Assembly: GCA_046567015.1 (NCBI GenBank)
Contig: JBKICS010000402.1
Location: forward strand, 5,641-42,927
Reading direction: 5' to 3'
From: Acidobacteriota bacterium
Lineage (GTDB): Bacteria; Desulfobacterota; Desulfovibrionia; Desulfovibrionales; Desulfovibrionaceae
DNA length: 37,287 nucleotides
Of the stretch, positions 10,054 to 19,238 are shown one piece after another (position 1 is the first letter of the stretch; each line of letters opens with the position of its first letter). Below the pieces are notes generated by a model. It ran no database searches. It was not told the DNA's origin and saw nothing but the letters and a program-made list of their open reading frames with translations. Made by a program: the position numbers and the translations under genes.

Positions 10054-10926
10054 ATGTATTTTCAGGATGTCATCTTGACGCTGCAAAACTTCTGGGCCAA
10101 ATCCGGCTGCCTCGTGGTCCAGCCCTACGACAGCGAAGTCGGCGCCGGCACGTTCAACCCGCACACCTTCTTCCGGGTCATCGGTCCCGAGCCCTGGAAC
10201 GCCGCCTACGTGCAGCCCTCGCGCCGCCCCACCGACGGTCGCTACGGCGAAAATCCCAATCGCTTGCAGCACTATTACCAGTTCCAGGTGATCCTCAAGC
10301 CCTCGCCGGACAACATCCAGGATCTCTACCTGCAAAGCCTGGCCGCGCTGGGGCTCTCCGCCTCGGACCACGACGTGCGCTTCGTCGAGGACGACTGGGA
10401 ATCCCCGACGTTGGGGGCCTGGGGCCTGGGCTGGGAAGTCTGGCTCGACGGCATGGAAGCCACCCAGTTCACCTACTTCCAGCAGGTGGGCGGCATCGAC
10501 CTTTCGCCGGTCTCCGTCGAGATCACCTACGGCCTTGAGCGCATCACCATGTATTTGCAGCAAAAAGATTCCGTCTACGACCTGGACTGGAACGAGCGCG
10601 TCACCTACGGACAAGTGCATCAGCGCGGCGAATACGAACATTCGCGCTACAATTTCGAGGAATCCGACGCGGCCATGCTGCTGGCCCATTTCAATGCCTG
10701 CGAAAAGGAATGCAAGCGGCTGTGCGAGCTGGGCCTGCCCTGGCCGGCCTATGACTACTGCCTCAAGTGTTCCCACGCCTTCAACATGCTTGAAGCCCGG
10801 GGGGCCATCTCCATTACCGAGCGTACCGGCTACATCGGCCGGGTGCGCAATCTGGCCTCCTCCCTGGCCCGGCTCTATGCCGCCCAGCGCACGGAACTCG
10901 GCTTTCCTCTTCTCAATAAAAGCTAA
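10054..10926 (+). CDS. glyQ: Glycine--tRNA ligase alpha subunit
   Basis: [67 protein letters not shown]. Confidence 0.97.
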   Translation: MYFQDVILTLQNFWAKSGCLVVQPYDSEVGAGTFNPHTFFRVIGPEPWNAAYVQPSRRPTDGRYGENPNRLQHYYQFQVILKPSPDNIQDLYLQSLAALGLSASDHDVRFVEDDWESPTLGAWGLGWEVWLDGMEATQFTYFQQVGGIDLSPVSVEITYGLERITMYLQQKDSVYDLDWNERVTYGQVHQRGEYEHSRYNFEESDAAMLLAHFNACEKECKRLCELGLPWPAYDYCLKCSHAFNMLEARGAISITERTGYIGRVRNLASSLARLYAAQRTELGFPLLNKS

Positions 10927-10938
10927 AGGACGCATGCC

Positions 10939-13032
10939 ATGTCCCATTTTCTGTTCGAGATCGGATTCGAGGAAATGCCGGCCCGGTTTCTTTCGGGGCT
11001 CACCGAAGAGGTTCGCGGCCTTTTCGCCGATGCGCTGACCCAGGCCAAGGTGGATTGCGGTCCCGTGGCCGCGTTCGCCACGCCGCGCCGGCTGGTGGTC
11101 AGCATTCCCGACATCGCCGGACGCGCCCGCCAGGAAGAGGAAGTCGTCACCGGCCCGCCCGAGCGCGTGGGCTACGACGCCGCCGGCAATCCGACACCGG
11201 CCGCCGTGGGCTTTGCCAAGGGGCAGGGCTGCGACGTGTCCGACGTCTACGTCATGGAGACGGGCAAGGGCCGGTATCTGGCCCTGCGCAAGAATACCGG
11301 CGGCGAGGCGACCGCCGAGCTGCTGCCCGGCATCTGCCTGGAGACGGTCAAAAAGCTGTCCTTTCCCAAACGCATGCGCTGGGGCAGCCGGGAGTTCGCC
11401 TTCGGCCGGCCGGTGCACTGGTTCGTGGCCCTTTTTGATGACATGGTGATCCCCTTCGAGCTCGACGGCATCGCCTCCGGCCGCCAGACCCGGGGCCAGC
11501 GCATCATGGGCCCGGGCCCCTTTGACGTGCCGAGGGCCGCCGAGTATTTCGCCGTCATTCGCGATCAGGGCAAGGTGGTCCTGGACGCCCGGGAACGCGA
11601 GAGCATCGTGCGCTCCCAGGCCGAGGCCCTGGCCAAGGAAGCCGGAGGCGCAGCGGTGATCAATCCGTCGCTTTTGGCCGAAGTCACGGGCTTAACCGAG
11701 CATCCGGTGGTGCTCATGGGCCACATCGACCCGAAATTTCTGGAAGTTCCCCGGGAAGTACTCATCACCAGCATGGAGAGCCATCAGAAGAGCTTTGCCG
11801 TGGAAGACGGCAAGGGCGGTTTGCTCCCCGTGTTTCTGACCACGCTCGGGTTGGTTCCGGGCAATGTCGAGCTGGTGCGCCGGGGCTGGCAGCGGGTGCT
11901 CACCGCCCGGCTGGAAGACGCCCGGTTTTTCTGGGAAGCCGATCTGGCCACCGACCTGGAGACCTGGCAGAAAAAGCTTGAAAGCGTGGTCTTTCTGGCT
12001 GGCCTTGGGTCCGTGCGCGACAAGGCCCGTCGCCTGGAGCGGCTGTGCGGGCTTATCGCCGAGCAGGCCGGCAAGCCCGAGATCATGCTCGAGGCCTCCC
12101 AGGCCGGCGGGCTGGCCAAGGTGGACCTAGTGTCCGACATGGTGGGCGAATTCGCCGAACTGCAAGGCCTCATGGGCGGCATCTACGTGCGCCGCAAGGG
12201 CCAGTCCAAGACCGTTTCCCGGGCCATTGCCGAGCAGTATCTGCCGGCCGGGCCGGAGAGCCCGGTGCCGGCAAGCCTAGCCGGAGCCATCCTGTCCATC
12301 GCGGACAAGGCCGACACCCTGGCCGGCTGCTTCGGCCTGGACATGGCCCCAACCGGCGCGGCCGACCCCTACGCCCTGCGCCGGGCCGCCCTTGGCATCT
12401 GCCGCATCGTCATCGAGCACGGACTGCGCCTGGACCTCATGGAACTGCTCCAGGCGGCCATCGACGGCTACGGCGACGCCAAGTTCAAGGTGGACCGCAC
12501 CCATGTGCTGGCCAAGCTGCTGGACTTTTTCGGCCAGCGTCTCAAGGCCTATTTCATTGGCCAGGGCTACGACACCCTGGTGGTGGAGGCCGGCATCGGC
12601 GCGTCCTTTACCGATATCGCCGCCCTGGCTGCCCGCATGACCGCCTTGGCCGCCTTTGCCGCCAAGCCGGACTTCGGCCAGGCGGTGCTGACCTTTAAGC
12701 GCGCGGCCAACATCATCCGCAAGCAGGGGGTCGGGGCCGGGGTGCCGCTGACCGGCTCGGTCAAGGCCGCGCTGCTGGAAGAGCAGGCGGAAAAGGATCT
12801 GGCGGCCGTGTGCGTCGACGTCTTCCCGCGCTTCGATGCGCTCTTTGACGGCGGCGACTACGGGGCGGTGCTCGAACTGCTCTACGAGTTGCGCCCGTCG
12901 GTGGACGCCTTTTTCGATAATACCATGGTGATGTGCGACGACATGGACATGCGGCTTAATCGCCTCAATCTGCTCAAGTCGCTGGTGGACCGTCTGGGCC
13001 GGGTGGCGGATTTCGCCGCCTTGCAGGTCTAG
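10939..13032 (+). CDS. glyS: Glycine--tRNA ligase beta subunit
   Basis: FLFEIGFEEMPA, TPRRL, MRWG, ARLEDARFF, EFAELQGLMG, DPYALRR; directly follows glyQ. Confidence 0.97.
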   Translation: MSHFLFEIGFEEMPARFLSGLTEEVRGLFADALTQAKVDCGPVAAFATPRRLVVSIPDIAGRARQEEEVVTGPPERVGYDAAGNPTPAAVGFAKGQGCDVSDVYVMETGKGRYLALRKNTGGEATAELLPGICLETVKKLSFPKRMRWGSREFAFGRPVHWFVALFDDMVIPFELDGIASGRQTRGQRIMGPGPFDVPRAAEYFAVIRDQGKVVLDARERESIVRSQAEALAKEAGGAAVINPSLLAEVTGLTEHPVVLMGHIDPKFLEVPREVLITSMESHQKSFAVEDGKGGLLPVFLTTLGLVPGNVELVRRGWQRVLTARLEDARFFWEADLATDLETWQKKLESVVFLAGLGSVRDKARRLERLCGLIAEQAGKPEIMLEASQAGGLAKVDLVSDMVGEFAELQGLMGGIYVRRKGQSKTVSRAIAEQYLPAGPESPVPASLAGAILSIADKADTLAGCFGLDMAPTGAADPYALRRAALGICRIVIEHGLRLDLMELLQAAIDGYGDAKFKVDRTHVLAKLLDFFGQRLKAYFIGQGYDTLVVEAGIGASFTDIAALAARMTALAAFAAKPDFGQAVLTFKRAANIIRKQGVGAGVPLTGSVKAALLEEQAEKDLAAVCVDVFPRFDALFDGGDYGAVLELLYELRPSVDAFFDNTMVMCDDMDMRLNRLNLLKSLVDRLGRVADFAALQV

Positions 13033-13048
13033 GAATTCAATAAACTGC

Positions 13049-13077
13049 TTGACAGGAATGGGTGGTTGTTCTACCTA
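13049..13077 (+). promoter_or_regulatory. Putative sigma70 promoter of rpsT
   Basis: Perfect TTGACA at 13049-13054; weak -10 (TACCTA) after a 17-nt spacer. Confidence 0.45.
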
Positions 13078-13114
13078 GCCCTGCTTCAGCGAACATTTCA
13101 CGGAGGAACGATCC

Positions 13115-13384
13115 TTGGCCAATCATAAATCTGCCATCAAGCGGCACCGTCAAAGCCTTTTGGCCCGGGCTCGCAACCGGGCGGTCAAGACCCGCGTGCG
13201 TAACGTCATCAAGGCCGTGCGCTCCGCCCTGGTCGGCGGGGATGTCGCCGCTGCCGAAGCGGCCCTGCTTACCGCCACCAAGGTCCTGGACAAGGCCGCC
13301 ACCAAAAAGATCATCCACTGGAAGGCTGCGGCGCGCAACATTTCGCGTCTGACCACCGCCGTCAACAAGTCCAAGACGGCCTAG
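13115..13384 (+). CDS. rpsT: 30S ribosomal protein S20
   Basis: [14 protein letters not shown]...[14 protein letters not shown]...[22 protein letters not shown]; TTG start after GGAGG. Confidence 0.97.
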   Translation: MANHKSAIKRHRQSLLARARNRAVKTRVRNVIKAVRSALVGGDVAAAEAALLTATKVLDKAATKKIIHWKAAARNISRLTTAVNKSKTA

Positions 13385-13405
13385 CTTTTCGGTTTCTTGG
13401 TTTTT

Positions 13406-13442
13406 CCAAAGCCCGCTGCGGTTGCCTGCAGCGGGCTTTTGG
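13406..13442 (+). terminator. Intrinsic terminator after rpsT
   Basis: AAAGCCCGCTGC / GCAGCGGGCTTT stem with T-run. Confidence 0.75.
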
Positions 13443-13561
13443 CGTTTGCCCGGCGTTTGCCCGGTGGCCGGCGCGGACCTGGCCGGGCTGGCTGCGGCTG
13501 ACAAGGCTGCGCGGCTGGGCTAGGCTGGCGTCCGCCGGGCCGGTTCCGGCAGGAGGTCTTC

Positions 13562-14314
13562 ATGCTGTCGGTACATTGGGGATGGCGCAGGCAGGCGCTC
13601 TGTTTGACGCTGGGGCTGTGGTTGCTGGCCGGCCTGCTCACCGCTTGGGCCGCGCCCGGGGCGTCGGTGTCGGGCGGATTTCACCGCGCGGTCACTCCAG
13701 CCGAAACGGCTTTGGACCGGGTGCTGCGCCTGTCGGAAAAAGACCCCAATCTGGTCGAATTCCTCCTGGCGACGCCGCAATACAAGGCCAAGGCCGACAA
13801 GGGCTACGCGCGACATCTCACGGCCCGTTTGCGCACGGATCTGGCCGCCCTGGAACGGACGGCTGTCACCGAGAATTGCCAAGGCAAGTACCTTGAGGGC
13901 GAGTTATGCGGGCTGGACTACAATCCGCTGACCTGCGCCCAGGATTTGTCCGACAAGGCGTATCTCTATCGGACGTCGTCATCCGATGATGCCCGGGCGG
14001 TCATCGACTACAAATGGCCGGGCACGGCCGATCCCTTGGCGAGCTTCGACATGATCCGCGAGGCAGGGGCCTGGAAGCTCGACGCCGTTCGGTGTCTGCC
14101 GTGCCCGGCAAAAGCGGGCGGGGGGAGCGACTGCTCGTCGCGGCCGATATTTACGGCATCACCCCGGCGCTTCGCGCCTTGGCGGCCGACCTTGGCGGCG
14201 AGGTCGAATTCCTCTCGCCCTGGCCGGGCGAAGGCAGCCCCCATGCCACGGAACAGGCCTCTCACGCCGCCTTCGTTGCCGGGCCGGGCCTTGAGGCCTA
14301 TGCCGAGCGGATAG
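13562..14314 (+). CDS. Exported DUF3828 (YbjP/YqhG)-like protein, probably with a read-through C-terminal tail
   Basis: GGAGG RBS; signal peptide; LDYNPLTCAQD and REAGAWKLDAV motifs. The domain appears to end near 14100; the rest overlaps the next gene. Confidence 0.6.
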   Translation: MLSVHWGWRRQALCLTLGLWLLAGLLTAWAAPGASVSGGFHRAVTPAETALDRVLRLSEKDPNLVEFLLATPQYKAKADKGYARHLTARLRTDLAALERTAVTENCQGKYLEGELCGLDYNPLTCAQDLSDKAYLYRTSSSDDARAVIDYKWPGTADPLASFDMIREAGAWKLDAVRCLPCPAKAGGGSDCSSRPIFTASPRRFAPWRPTLAARSNSSRPGRAKAAPMPRNRPLTPPSLPGRALRPMPSG

Positions 14315-14685
14315 CCCTGGCGGCGGGCGGGGAGGCGGTTACGCTGGTGGGATTTAGCGTCGGGGCCACGGCGGCCTGGCTTTTCGCCGCCGGGCAACAT
14401 TGCCATTCGGACAGCCGGCTCGTGCTGTTCTATGGCTCGCGCATCCGCAAATATCTGGACTTGCGGCCGCGTTGCCGGGTACAGGCGATATTCGCCGAGC
14501 ATGAAGCGGCATTCCACCCGAAAGACATTGCTGGGCGAATCGCTGCGGAGAACGTCGCCGTACATATCGAACCGGGCGCGGCCCATGGCTTCATAAACGC
14601 GCTTTCGCCGGGCTATGATGCGGCGTTGGAGAGGAAGTATCTCCATTTTTTGCTAAATTATTGCACGGAGGGTGTTCTTTCGTGA
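14101..14685 (+). CDS. Dienelactone hydrolase-family alpha/beta hydrolase
   Basis: LLVAADIYGIT, nucleophile elbow GFSVG, FYGSRIR, GAAHGF. Start uncertain (GTG 14092 or 14101). Confidence 0.75.
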   Translation: MPGKSGRGERLLVAADIYGITPALRALAADLGGEVEFLSPWPGEGSPHATEQASHAAFVAGPGLEAYAERIALAAGGEAVTLVGFSVGATAAWLFAAGQHCHSDSRLVLFYGSRIRKYLDLRPRCRVQAIFAEHEAAFHPKDIAGRIAAENVAVHIEPGAAHGFINALSPGYDAALERKYLHFLLNYCTEGVLS

Positions 14686-15281
14686 ACGCGCGTATTGTGT
14701 ATTTGTTGTGTTTTGGTGTTGGTCTTTTTGCAGCTATTGTTTTGGTGTATATATATTCTGTTTATGTAAATAATAAAGACGATAAATTGAAAGACATGCT
14801 TCGACGTGTTGCAAGCGTTGATGAGGATAAGCAAAAATCATGCTGTATTGTCTTGGAGAAAAGCGCAAGTCCCTTATTCTCAGCTTGTTTTGTGGGTTTT
14901 ATGACAGTTTGTTTGTTGGGGGCGCTTCTATTTGTAAATATTTGAACTGCAAAATATTTGCTTACTGTTTTTGTGTTTCTTGTGTCTGTACTATGTTCTT
15001 TGCTGTTTTTCGCTGATTATTTCCTTTCGAGGCTTGTTATTGTGGATGGTTTGATTTATATTAGATGTATGACAACATTGTTTCAATCATTCGTTGTTCT
15101 TTTTGATGGAAGTCAGACGTGTGAAAGGATTGGGACTGAGGAAATATCGTCACTGTCTGCACGTTATATGATTAACATTAAAATAAATAGAAAGTCATTT
15201 GTTATTATGAATGCAAAAAATAAAATGCGGATCATGCAAGTATTTGACAATATGAGAAACGTTACTGAGGTGGCTAGTTGA
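14682..15281 (+). pseudogene. AT-rich membrane-protein gene interrupted by an in-frame TGA at 14943-14945
   Basis: ORFs 14682-14945 and 14958-15281 share one frame (FVNI*TAKYLLTV). GTGA overlap with the upstream stop, GGAGG RBS, about three hydrophobic segments; one 60-nt line counted at 32% GC. Confidence 0.55.
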
Positions 15282-15413
15282 TAGTGTGGAGTTCGGATTG
15301 CAGAATATGGTAGTCTTAAATTGTCTCTTTGAGCAGGACTTTTTTGCTTAGAGAAACCAATACAATTGAACAAGTGTTGTCGTTAAGAGGCTGTCTGTTT
15401 AATGTAAAGTCTG

Positions 15414-16457
15414 TCAGCCAACCCGCAGCCGCGCCTTCCCGTCCTCTTCCGCGACGACCCGCCCAATGACCGCCGCCAGATCGCCGGCTTCCTCCAGCAT
15501 CTCTTGCGCCGCCGCAACCTTGCCCTCGGGCACGGCCAGCACCAGCCCGCCGGAAGTCTGGGCGTCGAACACCAGATCGTAGCGGATGGGGTCCAGCCCC
15601 GCCGCCACGGACACGGCCCCGGCGCAGAAGCGTTTGTTGGCGAAACTGCCCGCCGGCAGCAGGCCATAGCCGGCCAGTTCCACCGCCTCGGGCAGGAAGG
15701 GTATGTCGGCCAGCCGCAGCTCGACCGCCACCTTCGAGGCTGCCGCCATCTCCAGCACATGGCCGCCCAGGCCAAAGCCGGTCACGTCGGTTGCCGCCTT
15801 GAGGTTCAACTCCCGGATCACCCGGCCGCCGGTGGCATTCAAACGTCCGGCCCAGCGGTAGAGCAAGTTTTCCAGCGCGATCTTGTCGCCGAAATCGCCC
15901 TTGATGGCCGTGGAGATGACCCCGGTCCCCAGTGGCTTGGTCAAAAGAAGCACGTCGCCGGGCCGCAGTCCCGTATTGGAGGCGAAGCCGTCGGCATCGA
16001 CCAGCCCGGACACGGCCAGGCCGTACTTGATCTCCTTGTCCTCGACGCTGTGCCCGCCGGCCGGCACGGCCCCGGCTTCCAGCACCGCATCCAGCCCGCC
16101 GCGCAGGATCTCGCCCAAAATGGCGGTATCCATGGTCTTGGCCGGGAAACAGACAATGTTCATGGCGCAAAGCGGTGTGCCGCCCATGGCGTAGACGTCG
16201 GAGAGGGCATTGACCGCGGCGATGCGTCCGAACTTGTAGGGATCGTTGACGATGGGCGTGAAGAAGTCCACCGTCTGCACCAGCCCTTGGCCGCCGGGAA
16301 GCCGCACGATGGCGGCGTCCTCGTTGACTCCCTGGCCGGTGAGCAGACGCGGATCGGAAACAGGGGGCAGGCCCCGCAAGATGGCCTCCAGGTCCCCTGG
16401 GGCGATCTTGGCCGCTCAGCCGGCGGCGGTGACGGTCTTGACCAGTTCGATGGTCAT
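15414..16457 (-). CDS. selD: Selenide, water dikinase SelD (selenoprotein, Sec14), 347 aa
   Basis: ATG 16457 after GAGGAG gives MTIELVKTVTAAG-TGA(16418-16416)-AAKIAPGDL, the U/C-x-x-K active site; then EDAA, TVDFFTPIVNDP, NALSDVYAMGG, GGHS, TDVTGFGL, DAQTSGGL. Confidence 0.95.
16380..16407 (-). promoter_or_regulatory. Bacterial SECIS-like hairpin of selD
   Basis: mRNA GAU-C-GCC-CCAGG [GGA] CCUGG-A-GGC-C-AUC; the loop G lies 21 nt after UGA. Confidence 0.75.
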
Positions 16458-16678
16458 GTACGCTCCTCGTGTTCTTGCGGCAGCATGCGGGAAAGATCGG
16501 CCGCCAGCCGCTCCCCGTCAAGGCCGAATCGCGCCGCCAGCCCGGCCACGGTCTCGAAAAGCCCCTGGCAGAGCAGACAGCAGCCGGCCGCTTCGTCGTA
16601 GCGGCGAAAGACCGCCTCGGTGGCCGGATGGGCGGCGACGAGGTCCAGGACCGTGGTCGTTTCGGGATCAAAAGACAT
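16454..16678 (-). CDS. Small DUF1858-like Cys-containing protein, 74 aa
   Basis: MSFDPETTTVLDLVAAHPATEAVF...GCCLLCQGLFETVAGLAARFGLD; GGAGA RBS; stop overlaps selD start (ATGA). Confidence 0.75.
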   Translation of the reverse strand: MSFDPETTTVLDLVAAHPATEAVFRRYDEAAGCCLLCQGLFETVAGLAARFGLDGERLAADLSRMLPQEHEERT

Positions 16679-16722
16679 GGGGCCGTCTCCCGGTTCTGCG
16701 GCCGCCCGGGAAAGCGCGGCCA

Positions 16723-18516
16723 TTATCCCGTCTCGCCGCCGCTTTGCACCGCCCACATGCCGGCATAGACCCCGCCGGCGGCCAGCAGCGACTCGTGGTC
16801 GCCGCGCTCCACCACGCATCCTTCCACCACCACCAGGATCTGGGCGCATTGCCGCACCGTGGACAGGCGGTGGGCCACGGCCAGGGTGAGCCGGCCCTCC
16901 CGGAACTCGTGAAGGTTTTGCTGGATGATGGCCTCGGTGCGGGTGTCCACGGCCGAGGTGGCCTCGTCCAGCAGCAAAAGCGCCGGGTTGCGCAGGATGG
17001 CCCGGGCCAGGGAGACCCGCTGGCGCTCCCCACCCGAGAGCTTCATGCCGCGCTCGCCGATGATGGTGTCGTAACCGGCCGGCAGGCGCATGATGAAGTT
17101 GTCGGCCCCGGCCATGGCCGCTGCCCGGCGAACGGCCTGCAGATCGGCCTGCGGATCGCCGAGCAGGATGTTCTCCGCCACCGTGCCGTGGAACAAAAAA
17201 GCGTCCTGGGAGACATAGCCCAGGCTCTGGCGGTAGCTGGCCAGGGTGAAAGCGGCAAGCGGCGCGCCGTTGACCAGGATGTCGCCGCTGGTGGGCTCGA
17301 AATAGCGCAGCAGCAGCTTGACCAGAGTGGACTTGCCCGCTCCGGTTGGGCCGACAACACCCACGACCTCGCCCTGGCGCAGGGTGAAGCTTATGCCGTG
17401 GAGCACCGGCTCGCGGCCGGGGTAGGCAAAGCGCACCTCGCGAAAGGCGATCTCTGCCGGCCGCTGGGTCAGGGCCACGGCCTCGGGTCGGTCGACGATG
17501 CGCGGCTCGGTGGCCAGGAGCTCGGCGATGCGCACGGCAGCGGCCTCGGCCCGCTGGATCTGGTTGATCAGCATGCCGAAGACGAAAAGCGGCAGCACGA
17601 GCCGGGCGGCAAAAAGGGTAAAGGTGGTGTAGTCGCCGACCGTGGGGCCGGTGCCGCTGGCCACCAGCCAGCCGCCCCCGGCGAAAACGGCGGCAAAGGA
17701 CAGCCCGGCCACGGCGTACATGGCCGGCAGGAACCGGGCCCGTTCGGCCTCGGCGGCCACGGCCTCGTCGCGGTAGGCGGCCGAGCGCTCGCCGACCGTG
17801 GAAAGGAGCCTGGCCTCGGCGGTGTAGGCCTGGATGACGCCCATGCCGGCGATGTTGTTTTCGAGCAGGCTCGAAATGGCCCCGACAGCCTTGCGCGCCT
17901 CGCGGTAGCGCGGCTGGACCCGGGTGACGAAGCGGCGGATGGCGAAGACGGCCAGGGGCAGGGGAAAAAACAGGAGCAGGGCGAGGCGCCATTCCAGGAA
18001 AAAAAGATAACCGTAGATGCCAAGAAAGGTGACGATGACCCGGATGATCGAGGTGGTGGCGTCGGTGAGAAAACTCTCCAAGGTGTCCACGTCGCCGACT
18101 ACCACCGACATGATGTCGCCGGTTTGCCGGTCCTCGAAATAGGCCGGGTCCAGGGTCTGCAGACGGCTGTAGAGGGCGAGGCGGATGTCGTGGCGGGTGC
18201 GCTGGGCCATGGCCGCCAGGATATAGTCCGAGCCGCTCTGGAAAATCGCCAGGAAGACGAACGAGGCCAGCACGGCCAGGCCGAAGAGCACATAGGTGTG
18301 GGGGCTGGTGACGCCGTGGACGGCGGCGTCGATGACCTTGCCGGCCAGGGCCAAGGGCAGCAGATCGCAGGCCCGGGCCAGGACGTTTAAGCCCAGCCCC
18401 AGGCCGAACGACCGGCGGTAGGGGTGCAGGAACCGGAACAGCGTCCAGACGTGGCGGCCGAAAAAAGGGCTCTTGGGGTGCGCGGCCGAAGCCGCGGGCG
18501 GCATGGTGTTTTTCAT
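16723..18516 (-). CDS. ABC exporter, fused permease / ATP-binding protein
   Basis: TM domain followed by Walker A GPTGAGKST, signature LSGGERQR, Walker B LLLLDEATSAVD, AHRLST; start overlaps the upstream stop (ATGA). Confidence 0.93.
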   Translation of the reverse strand: MKNTMPPAASAAHPKSPFFGRHVWTLFRFLHPYRRSFGLGLGLNVLARACDLLPLALAGKVIDAAVHGVTSPHTYVLFGLAVLASFVFLAIFQSGSDYILAAMAQRTRHDIRLALYSRLQTLDPAYFEDRQTGDIMSVVVGDVDTLESFLTDATTSIIRVIVTFLGIYGYLFFLEWRLALLLFFPLPLAVFAIRRFVTRVQPRYREARKAVGAISSLLENNIAGMGVIQAYTAEARLLSTVGERSAAYRDEAVAAEAERARFLPAMYAVAGLSFAAVFAGGGWLVASGTGPTVGDYTTFTLFAARLVLPLFVFGMLINQIQRAEAAAVRIAELLATEPRIVDRPEAVALTQRPAEIAFREVRFAYPGREPVLHGISFTLRQGEVVGVVGPTGAGKSTLVKLLLRYFEPTSGDILVNGAPLAAFTLASYRQSLGYVSQDAFLFHGTVAENILLGDPQADLQAVRRAAAMAGADNFIMRLPAGYDTIIGERGMKLSGGERQRVSLARAILRNPALLLLDEATSAVDTRTEAIIQQNLHEFREGRLTLAVAHRLSTVRQCAQILVVVEGCVVERGDHESLLAAGGVYAGMWAVQSGGETG

Positions 18517-19238
18517 ACGATAAGGAGCAGAGCGGCGTAGCCCGCCGCGCCCAGGGTGAAGGCCGGGGCGTTGCCCGAGCCGTCCAGGGGAAGTTCGTCC
18601 TTCATGGTGTTCATGATCACGCCGCCGGCCAGGAAGGCGAAGAGAATGGCGAGCATGGCCTCGTGGACGCGGAAAAAGAAGCCAAAGGCCCAACCGGCCA
18701 GCACGGCCCCGGCCAGGACTAGGCGGCCGAGGCGGTGGTAGCTGTCGGTGAAGTGGCGGCGCAGGCCGTAGTCGTTGCCGGCCATGTGCAGGGCCATGGC
18801 CAGGAAATAGGTGACGAGGTTGGCCGGCCCGGGCACCGTGCGGTTGATCAGCAGATAGCCGATGAGGAAATTGTACAGGCCAAACGAGGCGAGGTGGAGC
18901 CAGAAGACGCCTTGGCTGGCGTCGATGGGCGGGGCGTCGCGGCCGCCGCGCGCGCCAAGAGCCGCCCGTTCCAGGACGTAAAAGACCAGCAGTCCGGAGA
19001 GGGCAATGAGAAACACATGGCGATCGAGCAGGGCGACCCAGGCCCAGCCGGCGTGCTGCAGCGCCTCCTGCCCGTCGCACAAGCCTGGGAATATGTGGAT
19101 GAAGACGTAGGCCGTGGCCGCACCGCCGGCCAGGGACAGCCAGGGGCGGCGCGGCGCGTCGAGGGCGGGACTGAGCAGGCGCACGAACAGATGGAGCAAC
19201 GCCAGACAGACGGCAAGCACGGCACTGAGCGCCGTCAT
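18513..19238 (-). CDS. ZIP-like multi-pass membrane protein (putative divalent-metal transporter)
   Basis: About 8 hydrophobic helices; LSLAGG...YVFIHIFP, AMALH, AFLAGGVIMNTMKDELP resemble ZIP-family helices. Confidence 0.65.
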   Translation of the reverse strand: MTALSAVLAVCLALLHLFVRLLSPALDAPRRPWLSLAGGAATAYVFIHIFPGLCDGQEALQHAGWAWVALLDRHVFLIALSGLLVFYVLERAALGARGGRDAPPIDASQGVFWLHLASFGLYNFLIGYLLINRTVPGPANLVTYFLAMALHMAGNDYGLRRHFTDSYHRLGRLVLAGAVLAGWAFGFFFRVHEAMLAILFAFLAGGVIMNTMKDELPLDGSGNAPAFTLGAAGYAALLLIV

